64,000 nt of DNA. Origin: Candidatus Latescibacterota bacterium (lineage in GTDB: Bacteria > Latescibacterota > UBA2968 > GCA-2709665). How positions within the stretch are numbered: the stretch's first letter is position 1; every line of letters starts with the position of its first letter. Under the pieces are notes generated by a model. It had not been told where the DNA came from and did not search any database. It saw nothing but the letters and a program-made list of their open reading frames with translations. Below are positions 18,631 to 27,635 of the stretch, piece after piece. Both the position numbers and the translations under genes were made by a program. The stretch lies in NCBI GenBank assembly GCA_965248435.1, contig OZ252100.1:544001-608000 (forward strand). The letters run 5' to 3'.

Positions 18631-18714
18631 TTCGCCGGTACCCTTCAGGTCGAGTCTACCACCGGTGAAGGCACTACTGTCATCATCTCACTGCCTGCAG
18701 AGAACGGTCAATAG
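18631..18714 (+). pseudogene. remnant of a histidine kinase HATPase C-terminus
   Basis: Translates as FAGTLQVESTTGEGTTVIISLPAENGQ*, matching the kinase terminal motif GxxxVxSxxGxGTTxxxxLP. No start codon or upstream kinase boxes. Confidence 0.7.
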
Positions 18715-18751
18715 ACCCAACCCATCGCACGACCTCCAAGGTGTTGCCCTA

Positions 18752-19534
18752 TCAACCCCACAGCCCATCGTTGGCCGTCAGAATTTCCGGCCCATCGGAA
18801 AGGATCGCGACGGTATGCTCGAAATGGGCAGATAAACTCCCATCCGCGGTCACAGAAGTCCATCCATCATCCAGAAACCTGACTTCGTGTGTTCCGCTGC
18901 TCAGCATCGGTTCGATGGCGAGCACCATGCCAGGCCTCAATCGTGTACCCCTTCCCGGCGTCCCGAAGTTGAAGACCTGCGGCTCCTCCCACATGTTCTG
19001 ACCGATCCCGTGCCCGAAAAGATCCCGGATCACCGAAAACCCTTTGTCCTCTGCACAGCGCTGCACCGCGAAACCGACGTCGCCCAGCCGATTTCCAGGT
19101 TTTGCGGCATCTATCGCACAATTCAGAGAGGCCCGGGTCGCATCGAGCAGGCTTTGGGCTTCCGATGAGATTTGGCCCACGGGAAACGTAAACGCATTGT
19201 CGCCGTGATACCCGTCCACGTTCACCGCGACGTCGATCCCGAGAATATCCCCTTCGCTCAATGTCCGTTTTCGGTCTGGGATCCCGTGCACGATCTCTTC
19301 ATTGATGGATGCGCAGATCGTCGCCGGGTAAGGAGGGTGACCCGCAGGCCCATAACCCAAGAAGGATGGAAGCCCGCCCAGCTCCGCGATGAGCCCTCGT
19401 GAAATCTCGTCCAATTCAAGCGTGCTGATGCCCCGCCGCACAGCTTCTCCGAGCGCCTGGAGGACTTCCGCCGCTGCCTGCCCGCTCTTCTTTATCTTTT
19501 CGATCTCAGCAGGGGTTTTGAGCCTGATCGCCAT
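18752..19534 (-). CDS. map: type I methionine aminopeptidase
   Basis: CASINEEIVHGIP, DVAVNVDGYHGD, GHGIG, AIEPM, SAHFEHTV. Confidence 0.96.
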   Translation of the reverse strand: MAIRLKTPAEIEKIKKSGQAAAEVLQALGEAVRRGISTLELDEISRGLIAELGGLPSFLGYGPAGHPPYPATICASINEEIVHGIPDRKRTLSEGDILGIDVAVNVDGYHGDNAFTFPVGQISSEAQSLLDATRASLNCAIDAAKPGNRLGDVGFAVQRCAEDKGFSVIRDLFGHGIGQNMWEEPQVFNFGTPGRGTRLRPGMVLAIEPMLSSGTHEVRFLDDGWTSVTADGSLSAHFEHTVAILSDGPEILTANDGLWG

Positions 19535-19622
19535 GCCTTCCCGCTCACCTTGAGGGCTTCAACCTGGAGGGTTTCCGCACGTCGTGACAGACCCCAAGCT
19601 ACTGAAAACCACCCGAGCCTGC

Positions 19623-20818
19623 TCAAAAATGGTGAGACACCTTCAGTTCTGCGTGGCCGTCCCGTCTGAATCCGTATAGGGGGTCATCCGGGCGGGTCCT
19701 CAGGAACCCACGCATCTCCAGCTCGACTTTCCACCTGTCCCCTACCCGGCGGCTTGCCTCGACGAGTATAAGACTGATTCCAGCTGCACGGTCAACGATC
19801 AATCCGGCGAGGACCTCGGAACTCTGAACATCGTTCAACGCGAGTCGCATCCCTGAGAAAACGTCATCTTCAAACGGAGTCAACGCTTCAGTGCCGCGTG
19901 AGTCGCGCATGTACTCGACCAGGAGACCGATATCCGTGCCCGTCTGTCTCACGTTCGCGATCGTGTACTCGAAGCCCCCTGTCATCGCCGTGAAGCGCCC
20001 GGACCCACCGCTTCGATGTATCATCTCCAACTTCCAGAGCCATCCGCCGGAGACCATCTGGGTGTCGAATCCGGTCTGCTGAATGGCGTGGTATCGAGGC
20101 CGAAGCACGCCACCGTCCAACGCCAGGATCGGATCCCGACCCGTCCCCGAGAAGTGCGATATACCCAAATCGAACGGACCGATCGTATGAAACCACCGGG
20201 CCGCCCACCCGAGATGACGTTTGAGGCTCCCGCGGTCATAGTCCGCATCACCTTTCACCTCCAGCGGTGTTCTTAGCCTGCCGTCACCACCCGGAAACGT
20301 CCGCTCACGAAATCCCGTCAGCGTGTAGAGATCTAGCGTGCCCCAATCGTTGACGAGGGTCAGAGTCACCATGGGCTGACCCAGTTTTGCCTCACCATCC
20401 GTACGTTCTACACCATCGGTCTGATTCAAAATGTCCACGAGATGTTGTGACTCGGTCACCCCCCAGAAGACAGTCTGTACGCCAACACGCAGTTCCCACC
20501 GATCACCGATCTTTTCCCAGAAGAGCTCCCGGATGTCCCAATGCGTTCGCTGGCCGTCGTTTCGGTCCAGCCTAAGGAATCCCTCGAACGATATCGCCTG
20601 CCGTCCTCGATTCCATTCAAGGAAGAATTCGGGTGCGGACACCATCGAGACATCAACGCTGTTCTGGCGGTTCGACAGAGGCGACTTGGGAAAGGCTCGC
20701 GACTCTATCGCGTAAAACCCCGACCAATCCGCACCGTGGGAGGTGCCGGAAGACACCACAGAAAGGATCCCAGCCCCGATCAACACACGAAGGGTGCTGC
20801 GATACCCTAAGATGCCAC
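19623..20818 (-). CDS. outer-membrane beta-barrel partner of the MMPL/LolA-like system
   Basis: Amphipathic strands, FWGVTESQHLVDILNQTD motif, terminal F. Start uncertain: the RBS-linked GTG at 20818 is one base out of frame, and the next in-frame GTG is at 20786. Confidence 0.7.
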
Positions 20819-20848
20819 CTCTCCTCCCGGATTGGCCGCCGGGGCGAA

Positions 20849-21157
20849 TCAACCTCCGAAGAATCGGTAGGATCCGATTTCTGTGAGCGGCGTTACCACC
20901 GGAGGCTCCTCGCACCGATCTTCTATCGCTTCCACGAATGTATCGAACGCCTCGAGTTCAGCGAGTGGGTTACTGCCGTCCTCCGTTTCGATGGACGCGA
21001 CGTGTAGGAAACTGACGCCGTCTTCCAGCTTGAAAGAGGCATACCGGATGCCTGATGGCGATGATTTCTGGAGCGCATCGAATACATTCTCGATCAATTG
21101 CTGATTCTCCCCGGCCCTGTCGGCCTTTACCTTGTAACGGACCATCACACGCTTCAT
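20849..21157 (-). CDS. small dimeric alpha/beta-barrel (ABM-like) protein
   Basis: 102 aa; MKRVMVRYKVK...DGVSFLHVA...IGSYRFF; GGAGG RBS. Confidence 0.7.
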   Translation of the reverse strand: MKRVMVRYKVKADRAGENQQLIENVFDALQKSSPSGIRYASFKLEDGVSFLHVASIETEDGSNPLAELEAFDTFVEAIEDRCEEPPVVTPLTEIGSYRFFGG

Positions 21158-21193
21158 AACTTCCCTCCGGTCGGAATGAATTTTGAATTCGGA

Positions 21194-22144
21194 TTACCGG
21201 ACCCTTCTCAGGCTCGTCCTGTCGAAATCCCGCTCCGTCAGGCCTGTGGCAAACGTATACGATGCCCAGGTGAGTGTCGTCGACTTGCCGGTCTGGTGAT
21301 TCACCATCTCCATACGATCGGCGCGCCAATATCTCTCGAGGTAAGGCTGATAACCATGATAAGTCAGCGTCTTCAAGAGATCATCTTTCCGGTCGTAAAA
21401 TTCGATACGAACGGGTTGGAAATGTTGCCCGTGGTGCCAGACGATCTGCCGGGTATATCCCGACTTCGGGTCGACCGGATAGCGTTCCACCACGAGCGTG
21501 GCCCGCCCATCGAGGGACTCTTCCCGCAGGAATCGGTAGGTGTACTTCTCCACTTCCTGCGAGGTAATGTCTTCGTAGGCGAATTCACTGCCCATGAATG
21601 GCCCCGATTTGTTATTCGAAGCGATTCGCTTCACCCGCTTGAGCGCCGGCAGATAGAGCCATTGATCATCGGGTCCTGACTTGTGCGTAAAAGAGAGGAA
21701 CGCAGTCCCCTTAACGTCCCGCGGTTCCTCGAAGATCACGAGCGTCTTATCCCCGTCATCCGTCATCTCCAGGGTTTTCGTTCGCATCGCGCGCGAGCTC
21801 TCCTCGCCGTGACGATTCCTCAAAATCATCCTCATATCCGCGGTGAAATCTCCAAACCCTCTGTCTCGCGCGTCGGCTTCCACTGCCACTTCCATCCCTT
21901 TCCCCTCCGCGGTGACCGCCTTGCCCGAAGGGCCGGGAAGGCTGGCCAGGGCCGGGGGGGTCACGGTCTCCGGTGGTTGGGCGAAGGGGGCCCCTGCACC
22001 CAGCAGAAATGACAGGGAAGGTGCTGCTAGATTACGGCCCGCCCTCATAAGGGCGAATCGAGTCAACCCGTTGAGCATTCCTCTGAACCCGACAGCCACA
22101 GTTTCGATGAACACAGTCACTCCTCCTTTCAAAATGCTATTCAC
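21194..22144 (-). CDS. outer-membrane lipoprotein-sorting (LolA-like) protein
   Basis: GDKTLVIFEEPRDVKGTAFL, DDQWLYLPALKRVKRI, GPFMGSEFAYED; start uncertain. Confidence 0.9.
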   Translation of the reverse strand: MNSILKGGVTVFIETVAVGFRGMLNGLTRFALMRAGRNLAAPSLSFLLGAGAPFAQPPETVTPPALASLPGPSGKAVTAEGKGMEVAVEADARDRGFGDFTADMRMILRNRHGEESSRAMRTKTLEMTDDGDKTLVIFEEPRDVKGTAFLSFTHKSGPDDQWLYLPALKRVKRIASNNKSGPFMGSEFAYEDITSQEVEKYTYRFLREESLDGRATLVVERYPVDPKSGYTRQIVWHHGQHFQPVRIEFYDRKDDLLKTLTYHGYQPYLERYWRADRMEMVNHQTGKSTTLTWASYTFATGLTERDFDRTSLRRVR

Positions 22145-24531
22145 TCTCCCAGGGCCGGAACGGGACCTCCTTCACTCGGCGTTGGCTCCACGCTTCTTTC
22201 CAAAGCCGGTGCTCGTCTGCGTCCATCCAGGGCGGTAAGCAGCGGCGGCAAGAAAAGGAAGTCCGCTAAGAGCGCGAGCCCAACCGTCAGCGCCGTCATC
22301 TTTCCCATTCCGGAGTTGAATCCAAACGTAGATTGAGCGAGAATCATGAATCCCGCGACGAGAATCAGAGATGTCACGACGAGCGCGGTGCCGACTGAGG
22401 AGAAAGCGTAGCGCACAGCATCGAACGGGTCCAGATCCCGCTCCCTGCGGGCGCGCAGGTACTTGCTCATGAAGTGCACAGTGTCATCGACGACGATCCC
22501 CAACGTCATTCCCACAACGACAGAGAGGCCAAGATTCACCTGCGCGACCAGGAGCCCCCATAGTCCGAAAGAGAGGATGGCCGGCACGAGGTTCGGAACA
22601 AGACTGAGCATACCGAACTTCACGCTTCTGAGTGCCAGGATCAGGATCAGGGAGATGATCCCGAACGCCAACAGCGTCCCGACCAGCATGCTCTTGATGT
22701 TCCGGTCCGAAATGTATGAGAACATCACAGCCGGACCGACACCCACCGCGTGCATATACTCCGGTGTGTTTTGCTGCAGCCAGGTCTCCCCAGACTCGAC
22801 CAGCCCTCGAAGCCTCCGGGTCGTCACATTCTCCGCCGTGACAATCAGACGTGACGCGGACTTGCCCACGTTGATCTGGTTGTTCAAATCCAGTCCGTAA
22901 GGCAATGACATCTCGTACAGGAGGAGATATTGAGCTGACAGGTCGGGAAATTCTGGAATCCGATGGTAGGCCGGATCGTCGTCGTGCATGTTCGCATTCA
23001 GGCGCTTCATCGTCTCACTCAGACTGTTCACGTGCACTACGCCCGACTGCGCGCGGAACCACTGGCTGAAGGCGTCCAGCCGCTCGAGATATGCCGGATC
23101 ACTGATTCCCTGACTGCGGCCTGCCCCGATCGAATATTCGATCTGATAGATTCCGCTAAGGTTCTCCATCGCGAAGTCCGTATCGCCCCGGAACGGGATA
23201 CTGTGGTCAAAATACTTCACGAACTGATCGTTCAAGTCGTTGCGGGGGATAAAGAAACCGAGCACCAGTACGACGGCTACGGAGCCCCAGAGGAGAGGCC
23301 TCCGACGGGTGATGACGTAATCAGCGAATCGGTCCATCATCCCGTACGAACGTTCGGGTCGAGGTTTCACCCTGAGGGGGAGTACCGCCATCAGGGCCGG
23401 CAGTAGCAGGACCGAAAACAGGAAGGCTGCCGTCACACCCATCGCGGTGATGTTTCCGAGGTCGCGAAAAGGAGGAACATCGCTGAAGTTCATGCTCAGA
23501 AAGCCTATGGCCGTAGTCAGGCTCGTGAGGAACACGGGCTGCATGTTTACGCGCAGGCTCTCGACGATCGCCTCCTGCTTGGAAAACCCTCGTCGCATAT
23601 ACTGGAGCATAGTGACGAGCACGTGAACGCTGTCTGCCACTGCAAGCGTCATAATCACCGTCGGCGCGGCAGAAGATGGAGGCGTGATCGGAATGCCCAA
23701 CCACCCCGCCATGCCCACGCCGGTGCCTGCCGAAAAGGTGATGATCAGTCCAGTCGCAAAGGTCGCGCTCACACTCCGTAGCAACAGGGCCATAGCCAGG
23801 AAGATGCCCAGATACATCAGCGGTACCAGCGTCTGCATGTCCTTCAGCGAGGCCTCCTGGAATGCGTTGTTGAGCATCGCGAAGCCGGTCAGGTAGACCT
23901 CGATTTCGGGATAGGCCGCCTCTACTTCAGTGACAAGAACGCGGGCGTGGGCCGCTGCCTCGTCGCTCTCGTTGGGGCTGAGCCCGGGCAGTTGGAGTGT
24001 GACGTTGACTCCGGTTACGTGAGCACGCTCGGGGATCAGATAATTCACCAGACGCGGATCACTCAAAGCCACGGCCCGCGCAGCGGCAAGTTCATCCTCC
24101 GACCTGCCGGCCGCCCCTTCCACCAGGTCTGACACGATCAGGTCATCCCCATCCGCCCGCGTGTACTGGAAATTTGTGACGGCGTCAACTCGAATCGCAT
24201 ACGGGATCTTCCAGGCTTCCCGGGTCAGCGACTCGACCGCGCTCAAGGTCCGTGACGTGAACACCTCCTCGTCTTCAGGAGCGACGACGAACAGGATGTT
24301 GTCGTTCTTTGTGTAGATGTTCTGAACCGCATCGAACGCCTTGAGCTGTGGATTGTCCGGCCCGAAGAAGACGCGGTATTCAGTTATCATACGCAGGAAT
24401 CCTGCGCCGCTCGTCGCGGCGATCCCCGTCACGATCGAGAGGGCGAGCACCGCCCATCTCCATCGAATCAACCATTCACTATAGCGAACTACCCGATTGT
24501 TCCCGCTCTTCTGCGCTTCAGATGACTTCAC
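22141..24531 (-). CDS. MMPL/RND-family transporter
   Basis: Two RND halves: TLAVADSVH, LTSLTTAIGFLSM, GIVVDDTVHF, TSLILVAGF. Confidence 0.92.
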   Translation of the reverse strand: MKSSEAQKSGNNRVVRYSEWLIRWRWAVLALSIVTGIAATSGAGFLRMITEYRVFFGPDNPQLKAFDAVQNIYTKNDNILFVVAPEDEEVFTSRTLSAVESLTREAWKIPYAIRVDAVTNFQYTRADGDDLIVSDLVEGAAGRSEDELAAARAVALSDPRLVNYLIPERAHVTGVNVTLQLPGLSPNESDEAAAHARVLVTEVEAAYPEIEVYLTGFAMLNNAFQEASLKDMQTLVPLMYLGIFLAMALLLRSVSATFATGLIITFSAGTGVGMAGWLGIPITPPSSAAPTVIMTLAVADSVHVLVTMLQYMRRGFSKQEAIVESLRVNMQPVFLTSLTTAIGFLSMNFSDVPPFRDLGNITAMGVTAAFLFSVLLLPALMAVLPLRVKPRPERSYGMMDRFADYVITRRRPLLWGSVAVVLVLGFFIPRNDLNDQFVKYFDHSIPFRGDTDFAMENLSGIYQIEYSIGAGRSQGISDPAYLERLDAFSQWFRAQSGVVHVNSLSETMKRLNANMHDDDPAYHRIPEFPDLSAQYLLLYEMSLPYGLDLNNQINVGKSASRLIVTAENVTTRRLRGLVESGETWLQQNTPEYMHAVGVGPAVMFSYISDRNIKSMLVGTLLAFGIISLILILALRSVKFGMLSLVPNLVPAILSFGLWGLLVAQVNLGLSVVVGMTLGIVVDDTVHFMSKYLRARRERDLDPFDAVRYAFSSVGTALVVTSLILVAGFMILAQSTFGFNSGMGKMTALTVGLALLADFLFLPPLLTALDGRRRAPALERSVEPTPSEGGPVPALGE

Positions 24532-24635
24532 GGTTTCATCCCTTCCCTGTCGACCTCTGCTACTGTAATAGACTCCACAAAATCTCCTCTCCTGTTAAGA
24601 CTGCTACTGTGCAGGAATTCGGCGGAGCCCTGCTA

Positions 24636-25343
24636 TCAATCGTCGTACTGATCGTTACGACGAAGCCATGCCATGGTATAAGGCAAGGCATCTTCGTCGC
24701 GCCCCCTGGGCACAAGATCCATGTAGTGGTACGCCCCGTTCAGCATGTCCAACCCACGCGCGTAGCAGGAATAGGTGTGAAATACCTCTCCCTCCTGGTT
24801 CTTGTAGAACACGCTGATCCCGGCGGCCTCCTCGCTGGGAAACTCGCCGGTGCTGAAGTTGTAGAACATCTCGCCCTTTTCCATCTCCTCGGGCGTGAAT
24901 GACACGTGATAGTCCCTATTGAAGTCGCTTCCATATGACGACACCCACTTAAAGCCCCAGCCTAAGCGCTTCTTATAGGCCTCCAATGTGTCCAACTGCG
25001 CCCTGGAGACCGCGACGAGCGTGATGTCTCGATGATGGAGATGCTGAACGATTCCATTGAAATTATCCGCCCAAAAGGAACAGCTAGGGCAACCCTCCTC
25101 CCAGTCAGGGCCGTACATGAAGTGATAGATGATCAGCTGACTCCGGCCCTCGAACAAATCCACCAGGGTTTCCTTACCGTTTGGACCGCCGAACAAATAT
25201 TCTTTCTCTACCTCTACCCACGGGAGCGCTCGCCTCGCGTGACTCAATTCGTCACGCTGTCGAGTAAACTCCTTCTCTTTTTCCAGATGTTCCTTGCGGG
25301 CAATAAGCCAGTCTTCTCTGGAAACGACACCATGGTCTTGCAT
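24636..25343 (-). CDS. DUF899 thioredoxin-like protein
   Basis: LFEGRSQLIIYHFM, GCPSCSF, FHTYSCYARG, WLRRNDQY. Confidence 0.92.
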   Translation of the reverse strand: MQDHGVVSREDWLIARKEHLEKEKEFTRQRDELSHARRALPWVEVEKEYLFGGPNGKETLVDLFEGRSQLIIYHFMYGPDWEEGCPSCSFWADNFNGIVQHLHHRDITLVAVSRAQLDTLEAYKKRLGWGFKWVSSYGSDFNRDYHVSFTPEEMEKGEMFYNFSTGEFPSEEAAGISVFYKNQEGEVFHTYSCYARGLDMLNGAYHYMDLVPRGRDEDALPYTMAWLRRNDQYDD

Positions 25344-25377
25344 GCTGAACCTCCCCGTCGCTTGTGGTCGAACCGGA

Positions 25378-25584
25378 TTAATTCAAGAACCAGACTTCCC
25401 CTGCCGCGATTTTTTCTGCATAGCTGGACAGCACAACATATTGCGAGCCGGAGCCGTGTTGCCCTTCCCGGACAACAAGCAAATGGTCTCCGTCGTGACC
25501 TCGGCGGATCTCTTCAACTTCTGCTACTCTGAATTCTGTCCCACTGGCAAAACTCACCTTATCACCGGGTTCGAATCTGGTCAT
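25378..25584 (-). CDS. 68-aa hypothetical protein (possible SH3/KOW-like beta fold)
   Basis: GGAGGAG RBS; MTRFEPGDKVSF...; lies directly downstream of an Rrf2-type operator. Confidence 0.65.
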   Translation of the reverse strand: MTRFEPGDKVSFASGTEFRVAEVEEIRRGHDGDHLLVVREGQHGSGSQYVVLSSYAEKIAAGEVWFLN

Positions 25585-25610
25585 TTGCGCTCCTCCTGTA
25601 TGCAATCTTT

Positions 25611-25629
25611 TGTAACCAAACCTGTTACG
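25611..25629. promoter_or_regulatory. Rrf2-type operator 2 (TGTAAC-N7-GTTACG)
   Basis: Palindrome with the same arms and spacing as the one at 26183-26201. Confidence 0.75.
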
Positions 25630-25677
25630 AATTAGCTCGAAAAGAAACGCTTCAAGTAGAAGCGAAATAAACTGTTG

Positions 25678-26166
25678 CTAGGATCCAGGTGCCGCTCCGC
25701 TCTGGATCGCTTCCTGAAGCCTCGCTTTGAAGACCGGGGTTGCCATGATTTCAGCGGCGAGTTTTGCGAGCGTTTTTTCCTCGAGAACCGTCTCGAAGGC
25801 CGACTCGGCATCATCGCAAACGCATTTGAGTCCATCTTGAATCGTACTGCCAACAGGACAGGCCTGGTTGGGCTCGCTATAATGAAAGTGAAACAGGGAG
25901 TCGTCCTCAGTTGCCCTGTAGATGTCAAGAAGCGTAATTCGGCCCGCCGACCGGGCCAGGCTGAACCCACCCCCTACTCCGGGGTGCGAATCAACGAGAC
26001 CGGCCCGCTTCAGCTGCCCCAGGATCCGCCGGATCACGACCGGATTCGTGTTCACACTACCAGCCATAAAGTTTGAAGTCGCTGCCTCTATTCCCTGAAT
26101 CTCCTTGAGGCAGTGAAGCCCGGCCAGAATGTGAGTCGCAACTGCAAATCGGCTGCTTGGGTTCAT
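25678..26166 (-). CDS. Rrf2 family transcriptional regulator (YwnA-like)
   Basis: SSRFAVATHIL, SVNTNPVVIRRILGQLKRAGLV, ITLLDIYRA, PNQACPVG. Confidence 0.93.
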   Translation of the reverse strand: MNPSSRFAVATHILAGLHCLKEIQGIEAATSNFMAGSVNTNPVVIRRILGQLKRAGLVDSHPGVGGGFSLARSAGRITLLDIYRATEDDSLFHFHYSEPNQACPVGSTIQDGLKCVCDDAESAFETVLEEKTLAKLAAEIMATPVFKARLQEAIQSGAAPGS

Positions 26167-26182
26167 GTGACTCCCCTCGATT

Positions 26183-26217
26183 CGTAACAAATATAGTTAC
26201 ATATTAACGTCTGTCAA
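26183..26217 (-). promoter_or_regulatory. Rrf2 gene promoter with overlapping operator 1 (CGTAAC-N7-GTTACA)
   Basis: Minus strand TTGACA-N16-TATATT; the palindrome at 26183-26201 covers the -10. Confidence 0.78.
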
Positions 26218-26279
26218 GGGGATTAGCTGCAAAATCTCATAGCAAAATTCATAAGCTTTTGAAAACTATAGGCTTATAG

Positions 26280-26918
26280 TCATACCTCCAGTACAGCGGG
26301 CACGTCCCGAATCGAATCCACGAAGCGCCAGGCGCCAGAGAAATCGTGTGCTTCAGTAAAGGCGTTTCTCACGATGATGCAATCCAGGTTCGCGGCGATG
26401 GCAGCCTTCATTCCGCGAGCAGAGTCCTCTATGGCTACGGACTGCTCGGGCTTCGCACCGAATCGTTGAAGCCCGGTCAAATAAGGTTCCGGGGCCGGCT
26501 TCGCCTCAACGTAGTCCTCTCTCGTAAGGACAAATTCCATTGCGTCCAAAATCTTCCGGCCCCGATGAATCAGGTCGAAATCTTCCCGGCGGGCGGTCGT
26601 AACGATCGCCATTCTAAAATGCTTCTTCAGTTCGGCCAGCACTTCGAGGACTCCGTCGATTTCGATCGGTTTGGTGCGGATGTACTCCTGATAAAGCACG
26701 TTCCGCTTCTTCCTCTGGCATTCGATCGCGTCCTCCGATACGCCCTTCGCCCGTGCCAGGTCCCAGTACTCCTGCCCGCGCGACATGAATTCGAGATAGG
26801 TCGCTTCTTCAAACTCGACTCCAAGCGGCGCGATCGTTTCTTTTGTGGCCTGACAGTACCAGCGCTCCGTGTCCACCAGTACCCCATCGTGATCCCATAG
26901 GATGAATTCACGGCCCAC
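26280..26918 (-). CDS. HAD-family phosphatase
   Basis: WDHDGVLVDTE, AIVTT, KPAPEPY, IEDSARG. Confidence 0.92.
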   Translation of the reverse strand: MGREFILWDHDGVLVDTERWYCQATKETIAPLGVEFEEATYLEFMSRGQEYWDLARAKGVSEDAIECQRKKRNVLYQEYIRTKPIEIDGVLEVLAELKKHFRMAIVTTARREDFDLIHRGRKILDAMEFVLTREDYVEAKPAPEPYLTGLQRFGAKPEQSVAIEDSARGMKAAIAANLDCIIVRNAFTEAHDFSGAWRFVDSIRDVPAVLEV

Positions 26919-26945
26919 GATGCCAACTGCCTCCCACAAAGCAGC

Positions 26946-27635
26946 TCAATTCGGACCCCTCCCTACCGCGTGCATAACCACCGGCAAGCTATCTGGAATC
27001 TCTACATCGAGAATATCAAAATCAGATTCAGTGAGTAAGGCTTTGAATGTGTCGGCTGTGAACAGCCTGTATTTGAGCTCGCCCTTCCCCCACGGGTAAA
27101 GCCATCGATCGTCGGTATACTCAGGACTTTCTTCCTGGCACATCACTTTGTTATGACCCGAGACAGAAACCACGCCTTTATCCGTCAATGAATCGCGGCA
27201 GTTGCGAAGCAGAGTGATCCGATCGCACTCCGATTCGATGCCTCCAAGTAACTGAGCCCAGAGAAGGATCGCGTCGAATTTCTCATCTGGGAGGTTCAGG
27301 CCGTCCGTCTTCAAGAATTTGATCTCGACGCCCTTCTTTTTCGCGTTTTCCCGGGCTCGGTCCAGCTGCGGCCGTGAAAGATCCACTGCAACCACGCGGT
27401 ACCCTCTCCTGGCCAATTGTATCGCCTCCCTGCCTCCCCCACACCCGATATCCAGGACGCTGCAGCCTGCTGGAAGATATTTCATGACGACCGACTCTTC
27501 CCATTCACGCAGCCCCATATCGACTTTCCGGTGCATATCTTCCACGAACTGGGGTTTTGAGAAATGATCCTCAAGTTCCTTCATGTTGATCCCGTGCGCA
27601 TCCACGATTGTGCTTTTTGGGTGTTCGACGATCAC
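26946..27635 (-). CDS. class I SAM-dependent methyltransferase
   Basis: VLDIGCGGGR, VVAVDLS. Confidence 0.9.
   Translation of the reverse strand: MIVEHPKSTIVDAHGINMKELEDHFSKPQFVEDMHRKVDMGLREWEESVVMKYLPAGCSVLDIGCGGGREAIQLARRGYRVVAVDLSRPQLDRARENAKKKGVEIKFLKTDGLNLPDEKFDAILLWAQLLGGIESECDRITLLRNCRDSLTDKGVVSVSGHNKVMCQEESPEYTDDRWLYPWGKGELKYRLFTADTFKALLTESDFDILDVEIPDSLPVVMHAVGRGPN

Noticed and set aside
24557-24610. Third Rrf2 operator, or direct repeat CTGCTACTGT x2, before MMPL
   Set aside because: Only a TTACA half-site is present. The 10-bp repeat could be chance and has no supporting context.
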